Below are positions 53,440-64,000 of a DNA stretch of 64,000 bases, piece after piece. Position 1 is the stretch's first letter. Each line of letters begins with the position of its first letter. The stretch lies in the sequence record PP355766.1. One strand, written 5' to 3'. The position numbers and the translations under genes were made by a program. The notes under the pieces were generated by a model. The model searched no databases. It worked only from the letters and a program-made list of their open reading frames with translations, and was not told the DNA's origin.

Positions 53440-53830
53440 CTAAATCTGGTATAATTCTAGTCTTATCTCGGATTAATTTGGCCAACTTCTTAGCCGCCTC
53501 ATTACCGGACTTATCATTGTCCAATATGATGACTACGTGAGTCGTACCGGCGATTTGGAACGGCATGAATTTATCAGCAATGTTATCTAGTGAGAACTGG
53601 TGAGTACCAAAACAACATGAAACGTTATGGCAACCTTTACGGTATAATTCTGGTCTTATCACGGATTAATTTGGCCAATTTCTTAGCTGCCTCGTTACCG
53701 GACTTGTCATTGTCCAATACGATGACTACATGAGTCGTACCTGCAATTTGGAACGGCATGAATTTATCTGCTATGTTATCTAGAGAGAACTGGTGAGTAC
53801 CAAAACAACAAGAAACGTTAGAGCAACCTT
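53440..53830 (-). repeat. Two alleles of a T5-like primase TOPRIM segment
   Basis: SCCFGT...LDND.SGNEAA twice. Confidence 0.8.
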
Positions 53831-54235
53831 TGTTGGTGCTCCATGATGTTAAATTTCGTCCTGATAACGTGATAAAATCAACGTAATGTTTGCCATGTCC
53901 AGAATCAATACCACCGCTAATCATTAAATCCAGCTGTGAAGAAGCCATTCCTGGGTGCTTCATTGTAGCTACTTTTACCCACCGTGGAGTTAAAGCAGTT
54001 GCAGCTGAAATTGTGTATTGCCATCTGGTGCTCCAGGATGTTAAATTGCGACCAGATAACGTGATAAAATCAACATAATGTCTTCCGTGTCCAGAATCAA
54101 TGCCACCGGTAATCATTAAATCTAACTGTGAAGACGCATCTCCTGGGTGTTTAATTGTAGCTACTTTAACCCAACGTGGAGTTGCAGCAGTTGCAGCAGA
54201 AATTACGTATTGCCACGCCTGACGGTTGCCACCTG
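53830..54235 (-). repeat. Two alleles of a tail fibre segment
   Basis: WQY.ISAATA.TPRWVKVAT.KHPG twice. Confidence 0.8.
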
Positions 54236-54433
54236 AAACACTGAACGACATGCCCACATAGAAGCTTCCTTCAGGTGCTGAATAGCATTGCGAATTTGAG
54301 TAATGCGTTCATTAGCCAAGTCAAATTCCTTGTCGCTCATTGTACTAACATCTAAGCTCATGTACTTTTCAACATGTTCTTCTTCCAACGCTTTGAAAAT
54401 TAATCCAAGACGGACTTCTGCGTCTTTGATAGC
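54233..54433 (-). CDS. vs.4: Acb2 (Vs.4), 3' fragment, variant 1
   Basis: AIKDAEVRLGLIF...LKEASMWACRSVFQ. Confidence 0.88.
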
Positions 54434-54439
54434 TTCTGG

Positions 54440-54625
54440 TGAAGAAGTAGAAGTTAAAAGCTTATTGGATTTAATGGAAGAATATATCCAAGCACTTGAA
54501 GACCTATCCGCAGATGATATCAAAGCCTTAAAGGTTATGTCTAAACAGTTATACATTGAGGCACAAAATCAGTGAAGACTTTTAAACTAAATCGTGTCAA
54601 GTATAAGAATATAATGTCAGTTGGT
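54440..54625 (+). CDS. 46: gp47 3' end and gp46 start
   Basis: LYIEAQNQ stop overlapping MKTFKLNRVKYKNIMSVG. Confidence 0.85.
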
Positions 54626-54802
54626 GAAACACGTCTTGGTCTTATCTTTACTGCTCTTGAAGAAGAGGCATTAATCAACTACCAAGAGTCAGCCAATGAA
54701 CCCAAGCAGGTACTCGATGAAGCATACGAACGTATTGCCCAGATTCGTACAGCAAAACAGAAACTGAAGGAAGCTTCTATGTGGGCTTGCCGTGCAGTGT
54801 TT
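54626..54802 (+). CDS. vs.4: Acb2 (Vs.4), fragment, variant 2
   Basis: ETRLGLIF...AKQKLKEASMWACRAVF. Confidence 0.85.
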
Positions 54803-54819
54803 TGTTACCTGCGCGCCCT

Positions 54820-55145
54820 TAGTAGGTTTTAATCCACCAATGAAATTACTTTCAAGAACTCCTCCTGCTACAGAGGCTTCTGCCACGCCTTCACCAAAGA
54901 AGAATTCGGTATTTCCGTCGACAGTTTCACGCATATAATAAATTGTTGAAATGGATGAAGCATGAACCATTGACCTCGATCAATGGTTCATGCTTCGTCT
55001 ATTTCAACGATTTATTATATGCGTGAAACTGTCGATGGAAATACAGAATTCTTCTTTGGTGAGGGTGTGGCAGAAGCATCTGTGGCAGGAGGAGTTCTTG
55101 AAAGCAACTTCATCGGCGGATTGAAGCCTACTAAGGGTGCGCAAG
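54820..55145. repeat. 6: Two alleles of a gp6 segment on opposite strands
   Basis: MVHASSISTIYYMRETVDGNTEFFFGEG twice. Confidence 0.85.
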
Positions 55146-55518
55146 TCTCAACGTTTGTTAAGCGTTTTCGATATACAACTTTCTCTTTTTGTTTAAACCG
55201 CTCATGTGCTTTCTCAACAGAGACCCACAGCTTAGCGGCTTCGGCTGGAGTGATATCTAACGCCCTTGCAATTTCTTGAAAATCCTTTCCGCTTTCATGC
55301 ATCAAGTGAGCTTGTAATGCTTTCGTAATGCTTTTGTAACCAACGTTTGTTAAGCGTTTCCGATAAACGACTTTTTCTTTTTGCTTAAATCGTTCGTGTG
55401 CTTTCTCAACTGAGACCCACAATTTAGCAGCTTCTGCTGGAGTGATATCTAATGCTCTCGCAATTTCTTGGAAATCTTTACCACTTTCATGCATTAAGTG
55501 AGCTTGTAGTGCTTTCAT
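55145..55518 (-). repeat. srh: Two alleles of Srh-like HTH protein
   Basis: LMHESGK.F.EIAR.L...KVVYRKR twice. Confidence 0.7.
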
Positions 55519-55689
55519 TGTAGAAAAATGTTCTTGTCACTGATGAGTGGGAAGAAGACGGTAAAACCCTAGTAAACGTAGTGTTTCAAGGCAACTATGC
55601 AGTTCTGCCTAAAGCCGATGTAGAGCCTACAGAATCGCAACGTCAAGGTTTAGTATAAAAAGTTGTTTACTTTGCCACAAGGATGTGGT

Positions 55690-56040
55690 ACGTCATTGAT
55701 AGAAGGTGTTTTTACTTCAAATCCCGGGTCATTTACCTTAGGGGTTTCTTTATAAAAACCTGGGTCAATATCATGAATTTTAATACCAGCATTAACCGGA
55801 GCGTCAAACAGTAGTTTTGCCTCATCAGACGCTTCATTTTTAAATACTGCTTTACCCATCATTGATAGAAGGAGTTTTTACTTCAAATCCAGGGTCATTT
55901 ACTTTAGGTGTTTCTTTATAAAAATCTGGGTCAATATCATGAATTTTAACACTTGCACTTACTGGAGCATCAAACAGTAGTTTTGCTTCATCAGACGCTT
56001 CATCATTGAAAAGCGCTTTTCCTAATTTCATTAAATCCTG
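55690..56040 (-). repeat. inh: Two alleles of an Inh internal segment
   Basis: EASDEAKLLFDAP twice. Confidence 0.6.
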
Positions 56041-56349
56041 GACATAACTTTTCTGCCATGTAATACGACGATTTTGCATACTCACTATCACTGAAGACAT
56101 ACCGTGACTTCATTAGTATACGCGACATTTTATCCCTAGGATGAAATATGCTAATCCATCTTCCGTCACGAACAAATCGTAGCTCATGTGCATGAGCTAC
56201 GATTTATTCACGATGGAAAATGGGTTAGCATATTTCATCCTAGAGATAAAATGTCGCGTATACTAATGAAATCACGATATGTCTTCGGTGACGGCGAGTA
56301 TACAAAATCAGCATATTATATAGCAGAACAGCTATATCCGGGATTTAGT

Positions 56350-56700
56350 GAATTGGCATCGAGGTATCTTTCGTGAGAACGCATACGCTTATAGTCCGCT
56401 TCAGAATCAGTTTCTTTATAAGAAATACGAAGTGCTGAAATAATATGCCCAACCTCAAGTCGAATTTCGTCTAATTGAGAAATGGTCAAATTACGGAGTT
56501 GCTTATGTGACAAATGCTTCATATGCTTTCTTTGAGGTATTTTTCCAGCTTACGTTTACGGGTATAATCTGCTTTTGAACTGTGCTGACGAATTTCTTCC
56601 TGAAGGTGCGAAATACCATGCCCAATCTCACGACGAAGTTCGTCCAGTTGTTCTACAGTAAGATTACGAAGTTGTTTTTCACTTAAATGCTGCATATACA
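56350..56700 (-). CDS. Two RI.1-like small paralogue fragments
   Basis: KQLRNLT..QLDE.R.E.G in both. Confidence 0.65.
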
Positions 56701-57779
56701 CCTCATCAGTTGCTGTGGAGTTGCCCAAATTACACCGCGTTCGTTACCGTCTGTTCTAAACCACACATGAGCATTTCCGCTTCCTGCATTAACATATACT
56801 GATGCAGTACCCGGGCCGGAAGCATGTAAATTAGGAACAGTTAAATCACCAGTCATGGTGTCGCCGGCTTTCTTGACTTGGGTATCGTTTGTCAGATTGA
56901 CTAGGAGTTGCCCAAATTACACCACGTTCATTGGTGTCTGTTCTAAACCATATATGAGCATTTCCGGTTCCTGCGTTAACATAAAACGACGCAGTTCCAG
57001 GCCCAGAAGCATGGAAGTTAGGAGCAGTTAAATCGCCGGTCATGGTATCACCAGCTTTCTTGACCTGGGTATCGTTTGTCAGATGACCCCCAAAATCCGT
57101 TGTTGTCTGTACAGTTATAACAACGGCGGCCCATATAATCCCTAGAACTAACAAAATGCCATTGTCTGCCGTCTTCTGTATCAACCCGCCAGTTAACGTT
57201 AAAGTTTCCACTGCCTTCTAGAACAAGGGCATCATTATATCCGTCCCATCTACTAGGCTCTGCCATCTCCAAAAAGCATTTGGGTCTGTACAATTATAGC
57301 ATCGTCTTCCTCTATAATCTCTAGAGCTGTTAAAATGGAACTGACTTCCATCTTCAATATCAACGCGCCAATTTACATTAAAATTCCCACTGCCTTCTAA
57401 AACGATGGCATCATTATAACCGTCCCATTGGGCGGAAGAAGTAACGTAACCCCTAGCATCAACTCTACGAATGGAAACTACTCCGTTACTGGTATGTCAG
57501 ATGGAACTGATGTTACTGAAGGTTGGGTGGACGTTAAGGCTACTCATCCGAAATACGGGGCAATTACCAAGCGGTTTGCGGTAACTAAGTTTAGTTACCG
57601 CAAAACGCTTGGTAATTGCTCCATATTTTGGATGCGTAGCCTTAACATCCACCCAACCCTCAGTAACATCGGTTCCGTCCGACATACCAGTAACGGAGTA
57701 GTTCCCATTTGTGGAGTTGATGCTAGGAGTTACGTTACTTCTTCCACCTTCAGAGAAAGTCCACCTGCTGTGCTCTAGT

Positions 57780-58090
57780 TTATACCCTACCAGATCTTTC
57801 AGCCCGGTAATTAAGATATCTAGATCCGCTACTTCTTCTGCAACTAAGGACAGTTCAGCCTGGATCTTGTCAAACTCCTGCTCGGCCTTTTGAATCTGCT
57901 CACGCTTAGCTTCATACTTCGCAACTATGCTCCAGTTTATACCCTACTAGGTCTTTCAGTCCGGTGATCAAGATATCCAGATCTGCTACCTCTTCCGCAA
58001 CTAAGGACAGTTCGGCTTGGATCTTATCAAATTCCTGCTCGGCCTTTTGAATCTGTTCACGCTTAGCTTCGTACTTCGCGTGCTTCGTCC
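57780..58090 (-). repeat. Two alleles of a T5 D13-like (Rad50) segment
   Basis: VADLDILI.GLKDLVGYKLEHS twice. Confidence 0.7.
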
Positions 58091-58715
58091 CAGTTATATT
58101 CTTCATCATACTTCAATGCACGTTTAATTTCGGCTTTATGAAATAAACGCGGAACCGGCATTGCATAGCGCGTCCAGCGCAGAGTTTTCCAGAATCCATC
58201 ACGCTTTGATTTAGCGATCAGTTTCTTGGCCTCTAACTAGAGGCCAAGAAACTGATTGCTAAATCAAAGCGCGATGGATTCTGGAAAACTCTACGTTGGA
58301 CCCGTTATGCTATGCCGATCCCACGTCTATTTCATAAAGCTGAAATTAAACGCGCATTGAAGTATGACGAAGAATATAACTGGGACGAAGCTCGATGTAG
58401 CTATAGTAACCGAGTTGACTGGCGTTGTAAACAACTTTGTGCACAAATTTTCAAATAATTTTAGGGAATCTGGAAGGACTTTATGGAGGGTAGAATGGAT
58501 TTATACAGCTTGGGATATAGAAATGCCCAGACGACCTCTAGAAGGCATCTGGAAGGGACGAGCCTATTGAAATTGTAGAGTACGATAAAGAAACTGACGA
58601 AGAAGTTACTTATCATGAAGATAAAATAACTTATCTAGAAGCAGCTGCGAAGTTTCATTCAGACGAATGGAATAAAATGAGTGTAGTTACTGCATATATG
58701 CATGGTTGATATGCA

Positions 58716-58861
58716 CCAACATCTGCACGAATCTGCTGAGCTACTTCAGATTCATCAGCTGTCATTGACCATTCGCATAGGTCTTTATCATAGTTGGCCA
58801 TAGCAGGAACTGCAGAGCAACTTGATACTGCGAACACTAAAGCAAGTACAATCTTTTTCAT
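58716..58861 (-). CDS. sp: Spackle periplasmic lysozyme inhibitor, 5' fragment
   Basis: Signal peptide followed by YDKDLCEWSMTAD. Confidence 0.88.
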
Positions 58862-60189
58862 CGATTTAGGTTTCGTTAAAAAATCTAACTCAGGCTCTAA
58901 ACTTGTATTTGCTTCAGGAAAATCGTTTACTGTCGCTAAATCGTCAGCAACTGCCATAGCTAATCCAGCTTCGGAAACTTACACTGATGTGTTTAAAGTT
59001 GACGCAGATGGACGCAGGATTTAGGTTTCGTTAAAAAATCTGGTGCAGGTTCTAAACTGGTCTTTGCTTCAGGAAAAACATTCACTGTTGCTAAATCGTC
59101 AGCAACTGCTATAAGTAATCCGGCTTCGGAGACTTATACTGATGTGTTTAAAGTTGATGCTGATGCTGATGGATGCGCCCTATTTACATAGATAACATCA
59201 GTATCAAAACCTGTAGTTCTCCACGCAGGGGATGTTCCGTCCACCAAAGGTCCGGTAGGTGGGGTAACAGATATGGAGCCGGATAAGAATGCCATCTTAG
59301 GGTCTCTGAAACTACTACGTTGCGTTGCCGAAGAAGCCGTTAAGGGGCAGTCTTGGTGGGGCTCAGATGGTACAGTTAATCGTAAGCCAACGGAACTAAT
59401 TACATTCACCGATGAAAATGGCGAATCATGGACTTTTCCTAAAAGCGCTGCTATTAGTGTTCAGGAAGTGTTGACGATGATAGCAGCCTTTTTAGGGAAT
59501 GTCCATGATTCGCCATTTTCATCGGTAAACGTAATCAGTTCAGTTGGAGTGCTATTAACTGTACCATCTGAGCCATACCAGGATTTTCCTTTGACTGCTT
59601 CTCGGGCAATACAGTATGAACCATACAGCAGTTTTTCATCTTTCTTAATAGGATTAATCCAGTCAGAAATAATGATGAGAACAATAAATGGAATAGCTAC
59701 GAAAGCACCTGCGGTTAACGCAACCAGTGCAATAACATTAGAAATAAATTTACGAATAGCATTGACATTAATGCTATTCGTAAATTTATTTCTAACGTTA
59801 TTGCTTTGGTTGCATTAACGGCAGGTGCTTTCGTAGCAATTCCGTTTATTGTTCTTATTATCATCGCAGATTGGATTAATCCTACCAAGAAAGATGAAAA
59901 GTTACGCATTTTCAGTTAATGCCTGGGAAAAACTCCCAGGCTATCCTGAAACTGTACTTGCAGCACAGGGTACTAAAATAGAAAGCAATGGCCCATTCAA
60001 GAACAACATTGAAATAGCATTTGTTCCTAGCAGTAGAAAATTGCTAAAAATTGCATTTTCAGTTAATGCCTGGGAAAAGCTCCCAGGCTATCCTGAACCT
60101 GTACTAGCGGCGCAGGGGACTAAAATAGAAAGCAACGGTCCATTCAAGAACAATATTGAAATAGCATTTGTGCCTAGTAGTAGAAAACG

Positions 60190-60450
60190 GCATTTCCGTT
60201 TTCATCAATACGAGCAACCATAGTAGCTTTACGGCCGCAATGGCAAACCCCCTTAAGCTCGACCAGTTTATCAGCCACGGCCAAAAGTGCTTTAGAGCCT
60301 TCGAATAACTCTCCACGAAAATCAAGCATTTCCGTTTTCGTCAATACGAGCTACCATTGTAGCCTTACGCCCACAGTGGCAAACGCCCTTGAGCTCAACA
60401 AGTTTATCGGCTACAGAAAGAAGAGCTTTAGAACCTTCGAATAACTCGCC
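60190..60450 (-). repeat. tk: Two alleles of the tk middle segment
   Basis: [34 protein letters not shown] twice. Confidence 0.9.
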
Positions 60451-61499
60451 GCGAAAATCTGTCTTCAGACTCGACCGAGTTATCTACCTTAGAAACAGTT
60501 CTTAATTCATGGACTACTTTTTCGAGCTCGGATTCAAACTTTGGAAGATTTTCATCTACTGCAGTAACAATAATTCGCACTGCAAGATTTCTGATCTTCA
60601 GACTCAACCGAGTTGTCAACTTTAGAAACAGTTCTTAATTCATGTACTACCTTTTCAAGTTCTGATTCAAACTTAGGAAGGTCTTCATCGACCGCAGTGA
60701 TAATAATGCGTACTGCGAGATTACGATAGTGGCAAAGATACAACTGCTGACTACATTATGGATAACTATAACGCAACAAAGCATCAGTTAGCAGGTCCAA
60801 TTAAAGATGCGTTGGCTGATGCAATGCTTACTGAGTGGTATCGCGATACATCACGTCCAGTGGTAAAGACACTACTGCTGATTACATTATGGATAACTAC
60901 AATGCAACAAAGCATCAGTTAGCGGGTCCAATTAAAGATGCACTAGCTGATGCTATGCTTATTGAGTGGTATCGTGATACGTCTCGTGTCTATTTCAGTA
61001 AAATTATCAAAGGTTATTCCTATCGAAGAACCCATTCGTTCCATTGATGTTCTTAACTTCGCGCGAGAAAGCAAAGGATTACCTTTATATGATTTAAGCG
61101 TATGGGAAGCATTAGCCAATCGTTTTGACTGCAAATAGCCAGATTTGAGGTATACATCGTAGGTCACGTTGCTCCCATCTATATTGGACTTAAGTCCCAC
61201 CATAAACCCATTCGTATTGGCCGGACCTATTACTCGGTGACTAAGGAAGCTGCCAATGTTATCCGCACGCGGACAACATCGGCAGCTTCCTTAGTCATCG
61301 AGTAATAGGTCCGGCCAATACCAATGGATTTATGGTGGGGCTTAAGTCCACTATAGAGGGGAGCAACGTAACTTACGATGTCTACCTTAAATCCTTGTTA
61401 TTCAGTGAGATTATTCCACCAGTAGGCCTTGCGGTAAGCGTGAGATACTCGTTTCCGGAGTCACCAGTTACTCTTAAAGCCTTGAGTTTAGCCAGGCTA

Positions 61500-61770
61500 A
61501 TGCCATCATCAATTACTTGCGCGAAATGGTTTTCCAAATAGAGCAAAGGTGATGGCTTCAAGCATAGTACTTTTACCTCCACCATTCTTGCCCGTGATTA
61601 AGGTCTTTTGACATTTATCAAGTTGAATGTCAATAGCCGCCTGAACGGAACGGTTTACCAAATAAGGCAAAAGTAATAGCTTCGAGCATAGTACTTTTGC
61701 CACCACCATTCTTACCTGTGATTAAGGTCTTTTGGCATTTATCAAGTTGAATGTCAATGGCCGCTTGGAG
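61500..61770 (-). repeat. 46: Two alleles of the gp46 Walker A segment
   Basis: LITGKNGGGKSTMLEA twice. Confidence 0.88.
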
Positions 61771-62266
61771 CCTCTGCGTTACACCCTACGTAGCCTCCTA
61801 CAGTTTCCACACCTGTCCAGAAGAACGAATCCTCTTTGCTAGGAATTTCTGCGATGAGCTTGGCTATCGGGGAGGCTTTCTTGACAAAACCATGCCTCTG
61901 CGTTACACCCTACGTACCCTCCCACAGTTTCCACTCCTGTCCAGAAGAACGAGTCCTCTTTGCTAGGAATTTCGGCGATGAGTTTAGCGATAGGAGAGGC
62001 TTTCTTGACAAAACCGAAATTTCCTCAATCATGTGTCCAGGTAGAACCGTTTCTTACCCAGAGTCTTTGGTTATCAGAACCACGCCAATTTTTAGTGGTT
62101 GGCAGTGATTGCTCGTATTTCCCATCAATTATAACATCACTATTTCCTCAATCGTGTGTCCAGGTAGAACCATTTCTTACCCAGAGTCTTTGGTTGTCAG
62201 AACCACGCCAGTTTTTAGTAGTTGGCAGTGATTTCTCATATTTCCCATCAATTATAACATCGAACA

Positions 62267-62356
62267 CGACCTCTCCTCATGAACGTCGAGTCCTCTGAGT
62301 GAAGTAGCTTTTCCTACCTGTAATAAGGTCGAGCCCAAGTGCGGTAAGGGGTTTAC
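62267..62356 (+). other. Non-coding three-way-junction element followed by a GTTTACA box
   Basis: CGACCT/AGGTCG enclosing CTCA/TGAG and GTAG/CTAC stems. Confidence 0.35.
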
Positions 62357-62849
62357 ATAGTGTGTCGATGGATTAAACATGTGCAGTGATAGTTCCACAT
62401 GTTGAGTATAATGCTCGCGGATGCGGAATGCAGAGTGACGGTGTTTCTGTTGATGGAGTAATGCATCCTAAAGAACAAGGAGTGCTGAACCCTATCCTTA
62501 ATTGCGGTAATAGTTCCACTTGTCGAATATAATGCTCGTGGATGTGGAATGCAGAGCGATGGCGTTTCTATTGACGGAGTAATGCACCCTAAAGAACAAG
62601 GCGTGTTAAACCCTATCCTTAACTGTTATTGCTGGTGAGCCTATGGAAATACCACAAGGTCGTTGGATTGACCTGCGTCTGGAAATGCCAAAAGTGGAAA
62701 TCCCGGAAGTGGAATTTCCAGAAGATCCAGAGGTAGAATAAAATAGATTTCTTCGCTAACAGCAAAGAGTTAACCCCAGAAGGAAACTTTGAATCAGTAG
62801 ATAGCGAAGTCACTCCACGAGATGTTCAACACGAAAATTGGGATGGTTC

Positions 62850-62990
62850 TAGTAAACAAACTCCCAAACACCGATGTTCCTTCTACCATTCCGGTTATAG
62901 ATGAGCCAACTCCAGAAATCCCAGCTGAGTTGGTAGGCTGAATCACTGACATCCAGGGAAGGTCTTCAGTAGGAAGACCTATATGCTGAC
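62850..62990 (-). CDS. 5: gp5 OB-fold fragment
   Basis: GLPTEDLPWMSVIQP..SA..SG.G.S.TG.VEGT.V.G. Confidence 0.85.
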
Positions 62991-63564
62991 TTACAAAATT
63001 ATGTTTACCCTGAACCACATGGCTACTGAACTGTTTGGACCAGAATTTCTGGCTATGACAGCATTCATCTTAACTATTTAAGGAAAATTATGAAATTCTA
63101 TAAAATCTCGTCATAAGAAACTTGTTAAACACATGAGGACTTTATAATGTCTAAAGTAGATAAAAAGGTAGTAGAGAAATTTGAGATGTTCCTAGAGCGT
63201 AAGTTTGCTCCTGCCTTTGGATGAGACTGATGCCTCCGAGTCCAAAGGAATGAATTTAGCAGGTCATCTGCCAGTAGGTGATGCTGTCGATTCTCAGAGC
63301 CCTGTCTTCGGACGGGGCTTTTTAGTATAGTCCCAATTAGATTCTTCACGGGCTTTAGCACGGTTCTTTTTATAATAATATGCTACATCCCGGCGCCAGT
63401 ATCCGTTGATTGCATTATCAACACAAATGACAATTTTTGTGTATCCTTGTGATCTTCGTAAATGTCAACGCCAGCCAAAGCGCCAGTATATTGAGGATAC
63501 TGATGATTAAAGTCACCTTTATCATACCAAACACCTGAATTTTCAGGGTACTGTTCTAGATTGC

Positions 63565-63785
63565 GCTTCATAGGCATCACCGAATTCATCCATCATATCA
63601 GCGGTAGACCCTACAAAGACTGTTGCATTTTGAATATTCATTCCTTGCTGAGGATTAGCTCCCTTTCCGGTGCCTGCTTCATAGGCGTCTCCAAACTCAT
63701 CCATCATATCGGCAGTAGAACCTACAAAGACTGTTGCGTTTTGAATATTCATTCCTTGTTGAGGATTAGCTCCTTTTCCGGTACT
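63565..63785 (-). repeat. 16: Two alleles of the gp16 3' end
   Basis: [26 protein letters not shown] twice. Confidence 0.85.
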
Positions 63786-63894
63786 CGCAAAAGCTAAGCT
63801 GTATGAGTATCCAGAAGTCCGTAAGCTAGAGGAAGATCAAGGCTCGGTGTTTAACGCAGCCTCTGTAGTCCAGCTTCGTAAGCTCCTGTTCGAC
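63784..63894 (+). CDS. pol: T5-like DNA polymerase, continuation fragment
   Basis: [37 protein letters not shown] follows TALQL at ~14358. Confidence 0.9.
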
Positions 63895-64000
63895 TGAAGG
63901 ATTTTATTTCCTGATGCTCAATGATGGCAAAGCAGGTTATATCGGTGCATCTGCTCGTTTCTTTGTAGCTAAACAACGTTCAAAAGCAGGGTTTGAGAGT

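Noticed and set aside
52200-61390. Inverted duplications resembling a shufflon or hairpin telomeres
   Set aside because: Each is a pair of strain alleles joined head-to-head. There is no invertase, no common crossover site, and non-tail genes such as gp6 are affected too.
62267-62335. Hammerhead or HDV/theta ribozyme
   Set aside because: CUGAGUGA has an extra base and is not followed by GAAA after the stem; no complete P1/P1.1 or J4/2 cytosine context is visible.
54000-64000. Dense short repeats that could be a CRISPR array
   Set aside because: No constant 23-47-nt repeat with unique spacers; the repeats are pairs of coding alleles.

Overview
This window is not a contiguous genome segment. 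It is a patchwork of well over 100 phage DNA fragments, running from about 2 kb at the start to about 100 bp at the end and joined at arbitrary, mostly mid-gene junctions. Most fragments come from a T4-like myovirus (Straboviridae): rnlB, dexA/dda/srd, imm, gene 42, the alpha- and beta-glucosyltransferases, uvsW, e, tk, regB, 57A/57B, hoc, inh, regA, nrdA, 39, 46/47, 5/6/7, 16 and 36-38. A minority come from a T5-like siphovirus (Demerecviridae): family-A DNA polymerase, primase, D13 and collagen/CBM and L-type tail fibres. Klebsiella Jiaodavirus-like plus Sugarlandvirus-like donors is my unverified guess. Many genes appear twice as slightly diverged alleles that start and end at the same homologous positions, the signature of de Bruijn bubbles from at least two close strains of each phage. 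Long ORFs that cross junctions are therefore artefacts. Within intact fragments the most unusual signal is non-coding. Two different tRNA arrays each end in a homologous structured RNA of about 115-130 nt, with invariant internal blocks, a covarying closing helix and a GCAA tetraloop; I cannot assign it to a known family. Three further tRNA-mimic RNAs have acceptor/T arms but rebuilt interiors. Also notable are two divergent Acb2 (Vs.4) copies, Acb1 (57B), NADAR, macrodomain and SLOG proteins, five capsid-targeted internal proteins, and four free-standing homing endonucleases. Of these nucleases, an HNH and a GIY-YIG share the same C-terminal module. Gene identities rest on recalled similarity to T4/T5 proteins, not on database searches, and junction coordinates are approximate.
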